Notes: a model not told the origin generated them from the sequence alone. A DNA stretch of 64,000 bases from a candidate division FCPU426 bacterium (GCA_963738405.1 CAVTWJ010000016.1:33507-97506); one strand, 5' to 3'. Numbered from the stretch's first letter, positions 38,079 through 48,378 are shown. Made by a program: numbers and translations.

Positions 38079-39250
38079 AACTTTTTCCCAATGGTTTTTC
38101 TTGGATCCCGCAGAAATCTTCGAAGAAAAAACGCAAGCCAAAGTCGTTGATCAATCCAAAGGGTAAGTAAGACGCCCACTAGTATGAGAAAAAAATTCGG
38201 GACCCACATTGCCAAAAAAGGAGAGAATTGGCCCAAAATTCCACCGTTGTCGCCCAACATAAGGAAGCCCTCATAAGAGGCCACTAAGGCAACAGCTAAA
38301 ACCGGACCCAAATAGGACCCCGCCCTGGTCAAAAGTCCTAACGGAATGCCGATCAGGGCAAAAGCCAAGGTTGAGAAGGGTAAAGAAAACTTCTTGTTAA
38401 ATTCAACTTCATCATACCGGCTGTCTTTCTTATCCCTTTTTTCTTTTGCAATTTTTTGAGCCAAGTCCTTAATTTTTATATTCCTTGGACTATTGGCATC
38501 GAGAGGGCCGAACGGAACTCTTTTAGAACTTAAATCAAGATCACATTGAGAAAATTTCAACTGAAGAAGATTTGACATTCCAGGATCAATCCGGGATCCC
38601 AGTTGCTGCATGATTCCTTGTTTGAGCCGCAGGATAATGTGATAACTTGGATTCTCCTGCAATGAACCATCCTCAGCATAAATCACACGATATGGTTTTT
38701 CCTTTTCATCCAACATATATACCGTGATATTTTTAAGTTTTCCGGTGCCTTCCTCTTTTTGGTCAACATAAAGCAAATAGCCTTCGAATTCTTTTATAAA
38801 AACCCGTTCTTTAACTGCAATCGTGGAATGTTCCGTTATGATTTGATAATCCAATTTTATGAATGAGGTATTACCCCACGGAAGTACCATATCCATGAAA
38901 ACAACCAAAAATAAACTAACCACCAGTGAAAACCCTGCCACAGGCCACAGTAAAGATCCGACAGTAATTCCACTCGCTTGGAGCGCTAAAAATTCACGAT
39001 CAGCGCTTAATCTCCCGTAAACAATTATTAGAGCTGTCAAAAATCCAATCGGGATGGCTAAAACCATAACACTCGGCTGATAAAAAATGAAAAGGCAAAA
39101 ACAATTCCATAATCCAGCATGGTAGAGAAAAAGATAATTAAGAAATTGAATTGAAAAATAAAGGAGATTCATGATCATCATCCAGCATCCTGTCGCTAGG
39201 AAAAAGGGCGGTCCCAGAGACAAAAGGCAATACCGAAGCAAAACTGGCAT
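38075..39250 (-). CDS. lptF: LptF/LptG-family permease
   Basis: YGRLSADREFLALQASGI, KFSLPFSTLAFALIGIPLG, AMWVPN. Confidence 0.85.
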   Translation of the reverse strand: MPVLLRYCLLSLGPPFFLATGCWMMIMNLLYFSIQFLNYLFLYHAGLWNCFCLFIFYQPSVMVLAIPIGFLTALIIVYGRLSADREFLALQASGITVGSLLWPVAGFSLVVSLFLVVFMDMVLPWGNTSFIKLDYQIITEHSTIAVKERVFIKEFEGYLLYVDQKEEGTGKLKNITVYMLDEKEKPYRVIYAEDGSLQENPSYHIILRLKQGIMQQLGSRIDPGMSNLLQLKFSQCDLDLSSKRVPFGPLDANSPRNIKIKDLAQKIAKEKRDKKDSRYDEVEFNKKFSLPFSTLAFALIGIPLGLLTRAGSYLGPVLAVALVASYEGFLMLGDNGGILGQFSPFLAMWVPNFFLILVGVLLTLWIDQRLWLAFFLRRFLRDPRKTIGKKL

Positions 39251-39381
39251 TAATGATCCTTGGTAAGATCAGGGAGGAATAATTCAAAAAACAGAACCCC
39301 ACTTTTGAATCCCTGCCTGGAGATACAACCAGGTCATTATAACGGATTCAAAAACGGGCCTGTAAGGGGTCCCCGAGTTGG

Positions 39382-41496
39382 TTACGCGGCGGGCTTTACT
39401 GATTGCGAGGTGAAAGTAGGTATATCTTGAAGGAACCGGCCATTGACACGGCTCGGAACAGGCGGAAGACCCAAATTCATCGCCTCGGCGGATGAGGCAA
39501 CGCCTGAAGGATTGGCAACGCCGGGGACTTCAAAATCATCAACCCCTGGAATATTTGAAACCTCAGCAGAAACAACCGGCATAGGTGGAACAAGATTTCC
39601 GTTGCTGTTTTGAGGCAACCCATCCAAGCCCGCAGGCGGAAGAGCGTTGTCCACAACTGGAGGAGGTAAAAAAGCTCCACTTCCCATCGCAATATCAGTT
39701 GACGCAGGCGGAAGGGTCTCATTTTGGAGAGATGGCGGAAGTTCGGCTGTATTCAAATCAGATGGGACCTGCGGGATACCATTATCCATCGGTTGAGGGA
39801 CAATCCCAGGTATTGCGGCCATTGAATCATCTGGAATAGCTGGGATCCCAGTATCGGTAGGATTGGGAAGCCCTGTCAAATTGGTATCAGCTATCGCCGG
39901 TGAAGTTTCTCCAGGAAGTCCATCTGGCGTCGGAAGTGTATAAAAAGTCGAATCGGTAGAGGTTGCTGCTAAAGCGTCCGGGGAAGGCAAAGTGGCCATT
40001 GTACTATCTGCCATTTGATCTGGAACTGGTAGTTCATAGCCCGATGCATCAGGCAAGACAGCGTTTGCTTGATCACCGGGTGTGGGAAGAATGGATGAAT
40101 CATCTTCTGGCAAAGCCGGAAGTCCAGACTCAATCGAGGAATCTGATTCAGGCAATGAAGCTAAGTCCGGCTGAGGGGCGGGTAAATCCATTCCTGGCAA
40201 AGCAGAATTTGAATCCATACCAGGCGAGGGTAAAGCAGCCTCAGAATTGTCGACGGGCAATCCATTAAAATCGGCATCAGGCGCCACGGGCAGTGAACTC
40301 TGTGCAACAGGCTCCGGAGACGATCCCGGCAATTCCGATTGGGGAAGGGGCGGGAGACCTGCTGGGGAACTGTTGTCCATTCCTGGAAGAGATGGAAGAC
40401 TGTTGTCAGGGGTTGTTGAAGGCGCTGTTGATCCGGATGGTAATGCGGGCATTCCTGAATCAGGAGAAGTTGGTTGTGGCGGAACACCCGCATTGTCGGT
40501 AGGCAATGCTGGCAAATTCGCATCGGGTGAAGCGGGCACTGCAACGGGATTAGTTGTGGAAAGAGGTGGAAGGGCCGCAGGATTTGCATTATCCGTAGGT
40601 AAGGGAGGAAGAGAACCATTTGAGCTATCGCTTCCAGTAACGGATGGAACAGGCGGTAATGCACCGGAGATCATTCCAGCGTTATTGTCCCCTGGCAATG
40701 AAGGTAAGCCACTTGGTGAACCGGATGCGGAAGCGGGAACATTTTGGGGAAGTGGTGGAGCAACCAAGTTAGAATCCGAGGCAGCCCCCGGAAGCGGAGG
40801 AAGATTATTATTTGATGGCATCGAAGCGGAATTATCAGCGGCACCAGGCAAAGGCGGCAAACCAGAAGATGTAGAATCAGCAGGGGATGCACCAGGCAAG
40901 GGTGGCAATACAGCCGAGGATTGCCCTGGCAAAGGAGGCAACGCAGACGCACTTGCGTTAGACATTTCAGGTTGGGGTACTGACATCAAGGCTCGAGTTT
41001 GTTTGGCCCTCGCAAGCCTAATTTCATGATGATATCGCCGCATATCCGGATGAGTCAAAAGCATAGAAGGCAATCTGTCGCGAATATCATTGGTAACTTT
41101 TTTCGCTTCTAGGTTGTCAGAGGGGTTAACTGTTAATTCAAGAAATTCAAAAGAGGAAGTGTAGCGTTGGACTTCCGTTATTTTTATAAAACCAACCGGA
41201 TCACCGTCAGGGGAAAAAAGTGCGAAAACGTCACCTCGTTTCACACCTCCTAAATCGCCCACATCAATATAATTGCCGCTGTATTCCTTGCCCGGCGTAT
41301 CGCGTAAAGCAATAACTTGACCGCCGATAAAAGAAGCGTTGTGACGAAGATTCTTCAGGTTGTTTTTAAATTGCACTGAATAGGGCAGATCCGCTCCCGT
41401 AGAGGGGGCTAAATCATAGGCCCCTATGGCGGGTGTCCAAATTCCGGCGAGTAAAAAGAGAATCGAAAGCTGAAACAAAACGGAAGGACGTTTCAT
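39382..41496 (-). CDS. Secreted protein: FlgT-C-like beta domain plus long acidic Pro-rich LPxLP-repeat tail
   Basis: Signal peptide; YIDVGDLGGVKRGDVFALF...VGFIKITEV; many LPPLP/LPSLP/LPALP units. Confidence 0.75.
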   Translation of the reverse strand: MKRPSVLFQLSILFLLAGIWTPAIGAYDLAPSTGADLPYSVQFKNNLKNLRHNASFIGGQVIALRDTPGKEYSGNYIDVGDLGGVKRGDVFALFSPDGDPVGFIKITEVQRYTSSFEFLELTVNPSDNLEAKKVTNDIRDRLPSMLLTHPDMRRYHHEIRLARAKQTRALMSVPQPEMSNASASALPPLPGQSSAVLPPLPGASPADSTSSGLPPLPGAADNSASMPSNNNLPPLPGAASDSNLVAPPLPQNVPASASGSPSGLPSLPGDNNAGMISGALPPVPSVTGSDSSNGSLPPLPTDNANPAALPPLSTTNPVAVPASPDANLPALPTDNAGVPPQPTSPDSGMPALPSGSTAPSTTPDNSLPSLPGMDNSSPAGLPPLPQSELPGSSPEPVAQSSLPVAPDADFNGLPVDNSEAALPSPGMDSNSALPGMDLPAPQPDLASLPESDSSIESGLPALPEDDSSILPTPGDQANAVLPDASGYELPVPDQMADSTMATLPSPDALAATSTDSTFYTLPTPDGLPGETSPAIADTNLTGLPNPTDTGIPAIPDDSMAAIPGIVPQPMDNGIPQVPSDLNTAELPPSLQNETLPPASTDIAMGSGAFLPPPVVDNALPPAGLDGLPQNSNGNLVPPMPVVSAEVSNIPGVDDFEVPGVANPSGVASSAEAMNLGLPPVPSRVNGRFLQDIPTFTSQSVKPAA

Positions 41497-41560
41497 GCGA
41501 ACCTCGAAAGGTAAAATAGATCAAAAACCCTGCAGTTTTTAGATGATAACAAAAAACGAT

Positions 41561-41592
41561 AAAAGAAGGGGTTTTTTCAACCAATCCCCTTC
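41561..41592 (-). terminator. Possible intrinsic terminator
   Basis: GAAGGGG...CCCCTTC stem followed by TTTT on the minus strand. Confidence 0.5.
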
Positions 41593-41603
41593 AACCGACG
41601 AAT

Positions 41604-42581
41604 TTATAATCGAGTGATGAGAGAAATATAATTTATTGCGCCAATTGAATTGCTAACGAAAGCATAATCAATTTCAAACAAATAGGCCCAGATACCGACA
41701 CCCACTGACGGAGTAAAACTGTCCGTATCAAACTGGAAGCCTTTCGTCTCAAAACCGCCGCGAATGGCGACGAATTGCTTGTACCAATACTCCATACCGA
41801 AATGATAATTGTTCAAACTTTGCCCAGCATAAAGGGTGTCTGCGTCGAAATTTACCTGAAGGGTACTAACAGGAACCGGAGCGTTATTTGTCGTCTGGCG
41901 TTTCCCTAACTCCTGCGTATAGGAAAGACCAAGGGTCAAGCTAGGTTGAAGTGTTTGGGTTGGATTAGTCGCGGTATTGGACCAAGTAACATAAGAACCG
42001 CCCGTAATATCACGCCCTACCAATCCGACTGCAAATTCTTTTGCCGGTTTAAAAAGAAGTCCTATATCAGATCCGATTCCGAATGCAGATGCCCCAGCAG
42101 CATCCGTCTTAAGGATTTTAATGGTTCCGCCAATTACAAGTTCGTCAGCAACTTTCCACCCACCGGAAAAAAAACCTGCTTGATCAGAATAGGAAGTTGT
42201 TCCAAGCACCGTGGGGCTATCGGCATTGGTAATTGAAATGTTATCCACGCCCAAACGTAAATAACTAATGGCATAGGAACCAGCGTCATGGGTATTAAAG
42301 GCAATATTTACAAAGTCGTAACTTTGAAGATCGTTTTGCGCCGCGTGCATCGTCGTAATTTCAATATCATCAATCAAGGCTAATCCCGCAGGATTCCAAT
42401 AGGCTGCTGTAGCATCAGTTGCAGCAGCAACAAATGCACCACCCATTGCCAAAGGTCTTGCCCCAGCGCCTTTAGTTAAAACTTCCGCAGTGTAATCCGT
42501 CGATTGTGCCCAGAGCGGGAGAGTCCCAAAACTAATTACGACCAGCAAACCTAACACCGAAAGATAACGTTTTGATGCCAC
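41604..42581 (-). CDS. PorV/PorQ-family outer-membrane protein, second paralog
   Basis: GARPLAMGGAFVAAATDATAAYWNPAGL; IDYAF. Confidence 0.85.
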   Translation of the reverse strand: MASKRYLSVLGLLVVISFGTLPLWAQSTDYTAEVLTKGAGARPLAMGGAFVAAATDATAAYWNPAGLALIDDIEITTMHAAQNDLQSYDFVNIAFNTHDAGSYAISYLRLGVDNISITNADSPTVLGTTSYSDQAGFFSGGWKVADELVIGGTIKILKTDAAGASAFGIGSDIGLLFKPAKEFAVGLVGRDITGGSYVTWSNTATNPTQTLQPSLTLGLSYTQELGKRQTTNNAPVPVSTLQVNFDADTLYAGQSLNNYHFGMEYWYKQFVAIRGGFETKGFQFDTDSFTPSVGVGIWAYLFEIDYAFVSNSIGAINYISLITRL

Positions 42582-42771
42582 AGAACTTCTCCTCTCACGG
42601 CGTACAAAATTGGGGCTTCAATAAAAAGTTTATCAATCACCTATTGAAAATTCAACTTGATTAGACTTCAGCTTGTTTTTACTTACTGCATCAACTTTTA
42701 CGATAAACTGTTTGCCGAGAGAAATTATTAAACAGTCAGTTCAGTAACCTAAACAGCAACTTGAGTCGAAT

Positions 42772-42789
42772 AAACCGGTATACCGGTTT
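42772..42789. promoter_or_regulatory. Perfect 18-bp palindrome in a divergent promoter region
   Basis: AAACCGGTATACCGGTTT. Confidence 0.55.
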
Positions 42790-42843
42790 TAAATTTAACG
42801 AAAACCTTTATAAAGGGCCCTTCGCATCGATACTGTCGATTTG

Positions 42844-42873
42844 TTGACAAAGGAATAAACCGATGGGTATAGT
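42844..42873 (+). promoter_or_regulatory. Candidate sigma70 promoter
   Basis: TTGACA-18 nt-TATAGT upstream of AAGGAG and ATG 42940. Confidence 0.55.
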
Positions 42874-42939
42874 TACCCGATTTCCCTTACTTTTGATTTT
42901 TTCAAAACAATTTAAGTTTCTTCACCAAGGAGATATGGA

Positions 42940-45360
42940 ATGCCTGATGTGAAAATTTGTGGAAAATGCGGCGCCAAAAATCCAACCTCCAACGCTTTTT
43001 GCGAACAATGCGGAAGCAAGTTAAGCGCTCAAATTCCCATCGCTCCAATCCCCGAGAAATCTGAAAAAAAACAGCTGGTACCGGTCAAGTCAAATAAACC
43101 CGCTTTTGTCAGCGAGCCGGATATTAAAGAAAAAACTTCCACGCCCACCCAAACGTCCTCTCTCGTTGCCGGTGGTGTATCGATTTCTTGGATGAATCTT
43201 TTCTATGCAGCTCTCCTGCTAATTGCAATTTTTACAAGGTTTGATCATCTAGGCGCAAAACCTCATCATCATGATGAAAGCATGCACTCCTTTTACTCTT
43301 ACCAGTTATTTAAAGATGGCGACTACGAATACAACCCAATGATGCATGGGCCTTTCCAGTTTCACGGAAACGCTTTTATGTACTACCTATTCGGGGTATC
43401 CGATGCCACATCCCGATATCTGGCGGCATTTTTCGGTATTCTCACTGTAATCCTCGCAATGTTTCTTTCCCCATTCCTTGGCCGTACAGGAACATTTCTC
43501 GCCACATTACTCATTGTTTTCTCTCCAAGTTTTATGTATTTCGATCGGTTTACTCGGGAGGATGCTTATATATGCGGTGCAACTTTTGCCATGGTTGTCT
43601 TTCTTTTTCGCTATTACCGTTCTCGACAGCCGATGGACTTGTGGCTCGCATCTTTGGGTTTTGTCATTGCTTTTTGTACTAAAGAATCCATCTTCATTAC
43701 GATCGCGGTTATTGGAACCTACCTATTTATACGCCTTCTTCCTTGGCTAGATGTGTTTATCGCCGGAGGATTAACCTGTTTAGGGGTTCTTTCACAATTA
43801 GTCCTTAAAAATGTCGCTCCCGAGATGCCCCAAACTACTCGATTAGTTTTTTTACTCGTTTTGGCGGGCGCCGCCCTTGGTTGGACGATTTACAACCTGT
43901 TTATTCGTTGGAAAGCAACCCAAGGTAAAAATTCAGAAAACAAACTTTGGTCTGTTATACAAAGCCTACAAATTGAAAAAATACAAATCGAGCTAATTAC
44001 TTTCATTGGTTGGTGGGTGCTCTGTCTATTAGCTCTACGAATTCCATTTTTGCATTTAAACCAACCCACCTTTGTTTCAGTCTTACTGCTTTTAACTTAT
44101 TTTGTCATCGTCGGCCGGTTTGCTTGGTTATGGCTGGGTAACGTGGCCCCCGCATTAACGGGTTCCATCACCATCATCTCAGTGGTCTTTACACTCCTTT
44201 TCACAACTTTTTTTACAGTCGGAGCGGGTCAACCCGATTGGATTAGTCGACTTCACTATCTGCTAAACGCACTTTATAACGGGGCTTTTGGGGGTCTTGA
44301 ATATTGGTGGGGACAACATGATGTTCATCGCGGCGACGAACCCTTTTATTATTACCTTTTAGAACTTCCTGCTAATGAACTGGTTTCTTTCTTATTCTCG
44401 GGTGTGGCAATCCTCTATTACGGCATTTTCAAAAGAAAAAACATACCCCTTTTTCTGGCCTATTGGTACATAGGGTCATTGGCTCTCTTCTCATGGGCGG
44501 GAGAAAAAATGCCATGGCTGATTCTGCATCCACTTTTGCCTTCACTTTTACTTACCGCTTTTTTCATCGGCGAAATTTGGGACGCCGCTCCCATACAGCA
44601 TGCTTGGCGGTCGGCCAGAATCGCCGCCTTAATTGGTTTTGGAATACTCGCGTCCTATTCCCTTCACTCAGCCGTTCTTTTAAGTTTTTACCACGAAGCT
44701 AATCCGGTCGAACCTTTGGTTTATGTCCAATCGGGGCCCGACTGTGACGAGGTCGAAAGAATTATTCGGGAAATTTCTTACGGCGAGACTGGAGGAACCG
44801 ATCTGCCTCTAACCATTGAAGACAAATGTTCCTGGCCCTTTGCCTGGCAATTAAGGGATTTCGACAAACGAAACCATCCTTCCATGATCACCCAAGCCGA
44901 TAATCCGATTATCCTTACGGGTACTGAATCGGATAGCCAATCCTACCCCATCCTTAGTCAGGCCGGTTATATCAACCGGAAATACAAATTAAGGGTATGG
45001 TGGGTTCCATCTTGGTTCAAGAAGGGCTACCCCGGAAGCGAAATGAATTTCGGGCTTTTTACCGACTGGCTTTTCAGCAACTTTATTCCCATCAAGCCCG
45101 CACGACCCGATATGGTGGATTGGAATGATCTAAAAAATTGGGTTCTTTACCGAGATGTTTGGTCCGACCTGGGAAGTTATAACATGCGAATGTGGGTAAG
45201 ACCCGATTTGGCCCAAAAATATGGTTTTACTGAAACAAGCCGCTCAGATATACAGGTGGACTATCCAAAGCCCGATGCCCAAGCCCCAGTCCCTACTCCC
45301 AAACCAGGAGAAACGCTTAAATCGTCTTTGAAGAAACACAACGTTCTTAGAAAAATGTAA
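42940..45360 (+). CDS. TIGR03663/Agl23-like GT-C-fold membrane protein with N-terminal zinc ribbon
   Basis: HHDESMH, YNPMMHGPFQF, RFTRED, TKE, GEKMPWL, LVYVQS, WPFAWQLR; N-terminal CGKCG...FCEQCG. Confidence 0.8.
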   Translation: MPDVKICGKCGAKNPTSNAFCEQCGSKLSAQIPIAPIPEKSEKKQLVPVKSNKPAFVSEPDIKEKTSTPTQTSSLVAGGVSISWMNLFYAALLLIAIFTRFDHLGAKPHHHDESMHSFYSYQLFKDGDYEYNPMMHGPFQFHGNAFMYYLFGVSDATSRYLAAFFGILTVILAMFLSPFLGRTGTFLATLLIVFSPSFMYFDRFTREDAYICGATFAMVVFLFRYYRSRQPMDLWLASLGFVIAFCTKESIFITIAVIGTYLFIRLLPWLDVFIAGGLTCLGVLSQLVLKNVAPEMPQTTRLVFLLVLAGAALGWTIYNLFIRWKATQGKNSENKLWSVIQSLQIEKIQIELITFIGWWVLCLLALRIPFLHLNQPTFVSVLLLLTYFVIVGRFAWLWLGNVAPALTGSITIISVVFTLLFTTFFTVGAGQPDWISRLHYLLNALYNGAFGGLEYWWGQHDVHRGDEPFYYYLLELPANELVSFLFSGVAILYYGIFKRKNIPLFLAYWYIGSLALFSWAGEKMPWLILHPLLPSLLLTAFFIGEIWDAAPIQHAWRSARIAALIGFGILASYSLHSAVLLSFYHEANPVEPLVYVQSGPDCDEVERIIREISYGETGGTDLPLTIEDKCSWPFAWQLRDFDKRNHPSMITQADNPIILTGTESDSQSYPILSQAGYINRKYKLRVWWVPSWFKKGYPGSEMNFGLFTDWLFSNFIPIKPARPDMVDWNDLKNWVLYRDVWSDLGSYNMRMWVRPDLAQKYGFTETSRSDIQVDYPKPDAQAPVPTPKPGETLKSSLKKHNVLRKM

Positions 45361-45365
45361 CCCCT

Positions 45366-45384
45366 GGGCGGTTTAAAACCGCCC
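45366..45384. terminator. Hairpin between convergent genes
   Basis: GGGCGGTTT-A-AAACCGCCC. Confidence 0.5.
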
Positions 45385-45391
45385 TGCGCTT

Positions 45392-46132
45392 TTAAACCTT
45401 TCCCATCCAGGCCAACCATCGAAGCCGCCATACGGTTTGCGCAAATTGGGCCAATTCCCTGAACGAGAGTTTACTTTCCCCTTCATGCCGGTTCACAAAT
45501 ATAATCGGAAATTCCTTGACCTTAGCGTTTAAACGAACCGCGCGGAAAAGTATTTCCACTTGAAACGAATAACCAGGGGAGAATATTTTTTTCAGATCAA
45601 TCATTTTTAATAATTCTGCTCGGTAACACTTGTACCCTCCCGAACAGTCCTCAGGTTTAAGCCCGAGTACCCATTTGGTGACCGCATTGGCGAATCGGCT
45701 GATAAAAAATCTTCCAATGCCCCAATTCACCATCCCACCGTCGTGGACATACCGGGAGCCAATCACAAGGTCATATTCTTTTGATAACTCCAACATTTTA
45801 GGAATATTAATTGGGTCGTGAGAAAGATCAGCATCCATCGCAATGACTCGTTCATATCCTTTATTCAACGCGAATTGCATGCCTTCGATGTAAGCGGTGC
45901 CGAGGCCATTTTTCGATACTCGATGGAGAACACGAACTCGATTGTCTTTTTTCGCGAGTTGGTCTGCAATTTTGCCAGTGCCATCTGGTGAATTGTCATC
46001 AACAACAAGCAAATCACATGCTTTCGTCACTAGAAATATTTTTCTATAAACGGTTTCAATGTTTCCCTTTTCGTTATAGGTAGGCACAACAATTAAAGTT
46101 TGGTTTCTTTTCGGAACCATTGACTTCCCCAT
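45392..46132 (-). CDS. Polyprenol-monophosphomannose synthase-like GT2 (Ppm1/Dpm1)
   Basis: VPTYNE, VDDNSPDGT, GLGTAY, MDADLSH, GSRY, GYSFQVE. Confidence 0.9.
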   Translation of the reverse strand: MGKSMVPKRNQTLIVVPTYNEKGNIETVYRKIFLVTKACDLLVVDDNSPDGTGKIADQLAKKDNRVRVLHRVSKNGLGTAYIEGMQFALNKGYERVIAMDADLSHDPINIPKMLELSKEYDLVIGSRYVHDGGMVNWGIGRFFISRFANAVTKWVLGLKPEDCSGGYKCYRAELLKMIDLKKIFSPGYSFQVEILFRAVRLNAKVKEFPIIFVNRHEGESKLSFRELAQFAQTVWRLRWLAWMGKV

Positions 46133-46299
46133 TTTATAATTAATTTAAAAGATTTTCGTTTGAATTTAGTATCAATTCTTCAAACGCCAGCCAACATACA
46201 GCGATAGAGGGATATCCCTAACTTACCTCTAAACCATTTTGAATATCGGAGATTTTTATCTCAGGAAGCATCCACACGCAACGCAAGTTCAAAGAGCGG

Positions 46300-47289
46300 T
46301 TATTTTCCAGGGCTCAAAATCGGGACAAAGCGGGCAACCCGATTAAGTCCTTTTTCGACAACCAAAACCTTTCCTGTCGCATCAACTGCAATTCCCGCGG
46401 TGTCTCCCATACCTTCCTTACATTGATAGATGGCTAAAAGTTTACCTTCGGGTGTGTATCTTAAGACCGCGCTGCGGCTGGCGTTGGTCGCAAAAAGGTT
46501 CCCTTGATAAAAAGCCAAATAGGGCACTTCTTCATTTTTTCCTTTCCACGTTAAAACCTTAAAAGACCCCAAAAAATGTCCATTTAAATCAAACTTTTGA
46601 ATACGTCTGTTATCCGAATCCGCCACATAAATAAAACCACTTGGATCAGCAGTTATTCCCACCGGCTCTTGAAATTGACCGTTGGCGGACCCAAACCCAC
46701 CCCACTCCATTAAAAAGTTCCCGTCCAAATCAAATACCTTAACTCCATGGTTTCCGGTGTCGCAAACGTAGATCCGGTTCCCCACCTCAACTAGATCCCG
46801 TGGGCCAAAAAAGCTATGGCTGAATTTGGAAATAAATTTTCCTTTTTTATCAAACTTTTGAACACGGTGGTTGAAGGTGTCACAGACCAACAAATTTCCC
46901 TGAGGGTCTACAATCAATCCGCTGGGTTGGACAAATTGGCCATCTGCCTTCCCTTGACTTCCAAACGAAAACTCCACTTGGCCGTTGGCATCAAATTTCT
47001 TTATGTTATGGGCGCTAAAATCGCTAACATAAAATCCGCCATCAGGGGCCGCCGCTACGACTTGCGCCTCCTTAAACTTTTCTAATTTAGGTCCTGATCC
47101 ATCAACTTCCATGTCTGTAGTGATCATGACCGTCTTTGAAAGGGTGATAGCCTGCGTCAATCGGTCTACGGCAACATAAGTCATAACCGCAAGGAGCGCC
47201 AACCCAAAAACAACGGATAAAACAACCAATCCCTTTCCAATTTTCCTCTTCTTAACAACCTTCGTTTGGGTTTTTGAATTAGTTGCCAT
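46300..47289 (-). CDS. Membrane-anchored NHL-repeat beta-propeller protein
   Basis: N-terminal TM; repeats GQFVQPSGL..CDTFNHRVQKF, GQFQEPVGI..ADSDNRRIQKF. Confidence 0.9.
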   Translation of the reverse strand: MATNSKTQTKVVKKRKIGKGLVVLSVVFGLALLAVMTYVAVDRLTQAITLSKTVMITTDMEVDGSGPKLEKFKEAQVVAAAPDGGFYVSDFSAHNIKKFDANGQVEFSFGSQGKADGQFVQPSGLIVDPQGNLLVCDTFNHRVQKFDKKGKFISKFSHSFFGPRDLVEVGNRIYVCDTGNHGVKVFDLDGNFLMEWGGFGSANGQFQEPVGITADPSGFIYVADSDNRRIQKFDLNGHFLGSFKVLTWKGKNEEVPYLAFYQGNLFATNASRSAVLRYTPEGKLLAIYQCKEGMGDTAGIAVDATGKVLVVEKGLNRVARFVPILSPGK

Positions 47290-47325
47290 GAAATGTCTCC
47301 TTGGGTATTGAACCGTGCATTTAGA

Positions 47326-48378
47326 TTATTGCCCTTTAATTTTGAAAATGTTTCCCGCTCCCGCGTCAACAACCATTAGATTCCCATCATTATCAACGGC
47401 CACTCCCAAGGGGACATGGAACAAATCATTACCCGCCGAATCCTTGGCGATCGAAACTACAAAGGACCCGTCCAAATGGTAACAAAGAATCTGTTTACCT
47501 CGGCCATCCGAAACATAAAGCAGTTGTTTAGTCTTATCTAAAGCCAAGTGGGGTTCCATATCTACTTGGTCCTTCACCCAGCCCTTCACCGGCCATTGTT
47601 TCAAAAATTGGCCGTCCGGTCCAAAAACTTGAATTCGAAAATTCAACCTATCCGCAACGTACAAATTACCGGTTTGATCTAACGCTAATCCGATAGGTTC
47701 ATTAAATTCTCCCGGCTTGGAACCAGGAATAGGTGCTCCTGTTTTGGCGTTCACGGCGCACCATGTGCGCATCTTCTGGCCCTTGGGATCGAATTTAACA
47801 ATTCGATGCTTCCCGGTGTCCGCGACATAAACAAAGCCGTTACTATCCACCGCAACTTCCCGGGGTCCCCAAAAACCGTCTTCGGCCGCAAATGCCATTT
47901 TTTCAGTGCCGTTTTTATTAAAAACCTGAATCCTTTCGTTCCATGTATCCGCAACGTAGATACTGTCATCGGGGCCGATGGCGATGCCATTTGGTTCATT
48001 CAATTTACCAGGAAGAGCTGTTGAAAGTTTTTTCGCGTCACCTCCTCCGACATTTCCAAACCCGCCAAATTCTCCTTGAAACTGCCAATTTTTCGACGAG
48101 AACCTTTGAACTCGGTGATTTTTACTGTCGGCCACGAAAATATCACCCTTGCTGTTGACTGCGATTCCCCTAGGATACGAAAACTGCCCAGGACCCGATC
48201 CAGGGCTGCCGCCTTGGAGCAATACCAATCCCGCCGCGCTGGGCGCGGGAGCGTGGGAAATTATGGGTTTGGGCTTTGATAAAACCATGGCCCAAACCGC
48301 CGCGAGAGCGACTAAAATTAAAAGTGCCGCCATGATGATTTCCTTGAGGGTCACTACACGTTCGCCGATCTTAATCAT
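47326..48378 (-). CDS. Membrane-anchored NHL-repeat beta-propeller protein
   Basis: N-terminal TM; GQFSYPRGIA..ADSKNHRVQ, FWGPREVAV..ADTGKHRI, GEFNEPIGL. Confidence 0.9.
   Translation of the reverse strand: MIKIGERVVTLKEIIMAALLILVALAAVWAMVLSKPKPIISHAPAPSAAGLVLLQGGSPGSGPGQFSYPRGIAVNSKGDIFVADSKNHRVQRFSSKNWQFQGEFGGFGNVGGGDAKKLSTALPGKLNEPNGIAIGPDDSIYVADTWNERIQVFNKNGTEKMAFAAEDGFWGPREVAVDSNGFVYVADTGKHRIVKFDPKGQKMRTWCAVNAKTGAPIPGSKPGEFNEPIGLALDQTGNLYVADRLNFRIQVFGPDGQFLKQWPVKGWVKDQVDMEPHLALDKTKQLLYVSDGRGKQILCYHLDGSFVVSIAKDSAGNDLFHVPLGVAVDNDGNLMVVDAGAGNIFKIKGQ

Noticed and set aside
40247..41029. 260-aa Gly-rich plus-strand ORF
   Set aside because: Antisense mirror of the Pro-rich repeat gene (CCN codons read as GGN/NGG).
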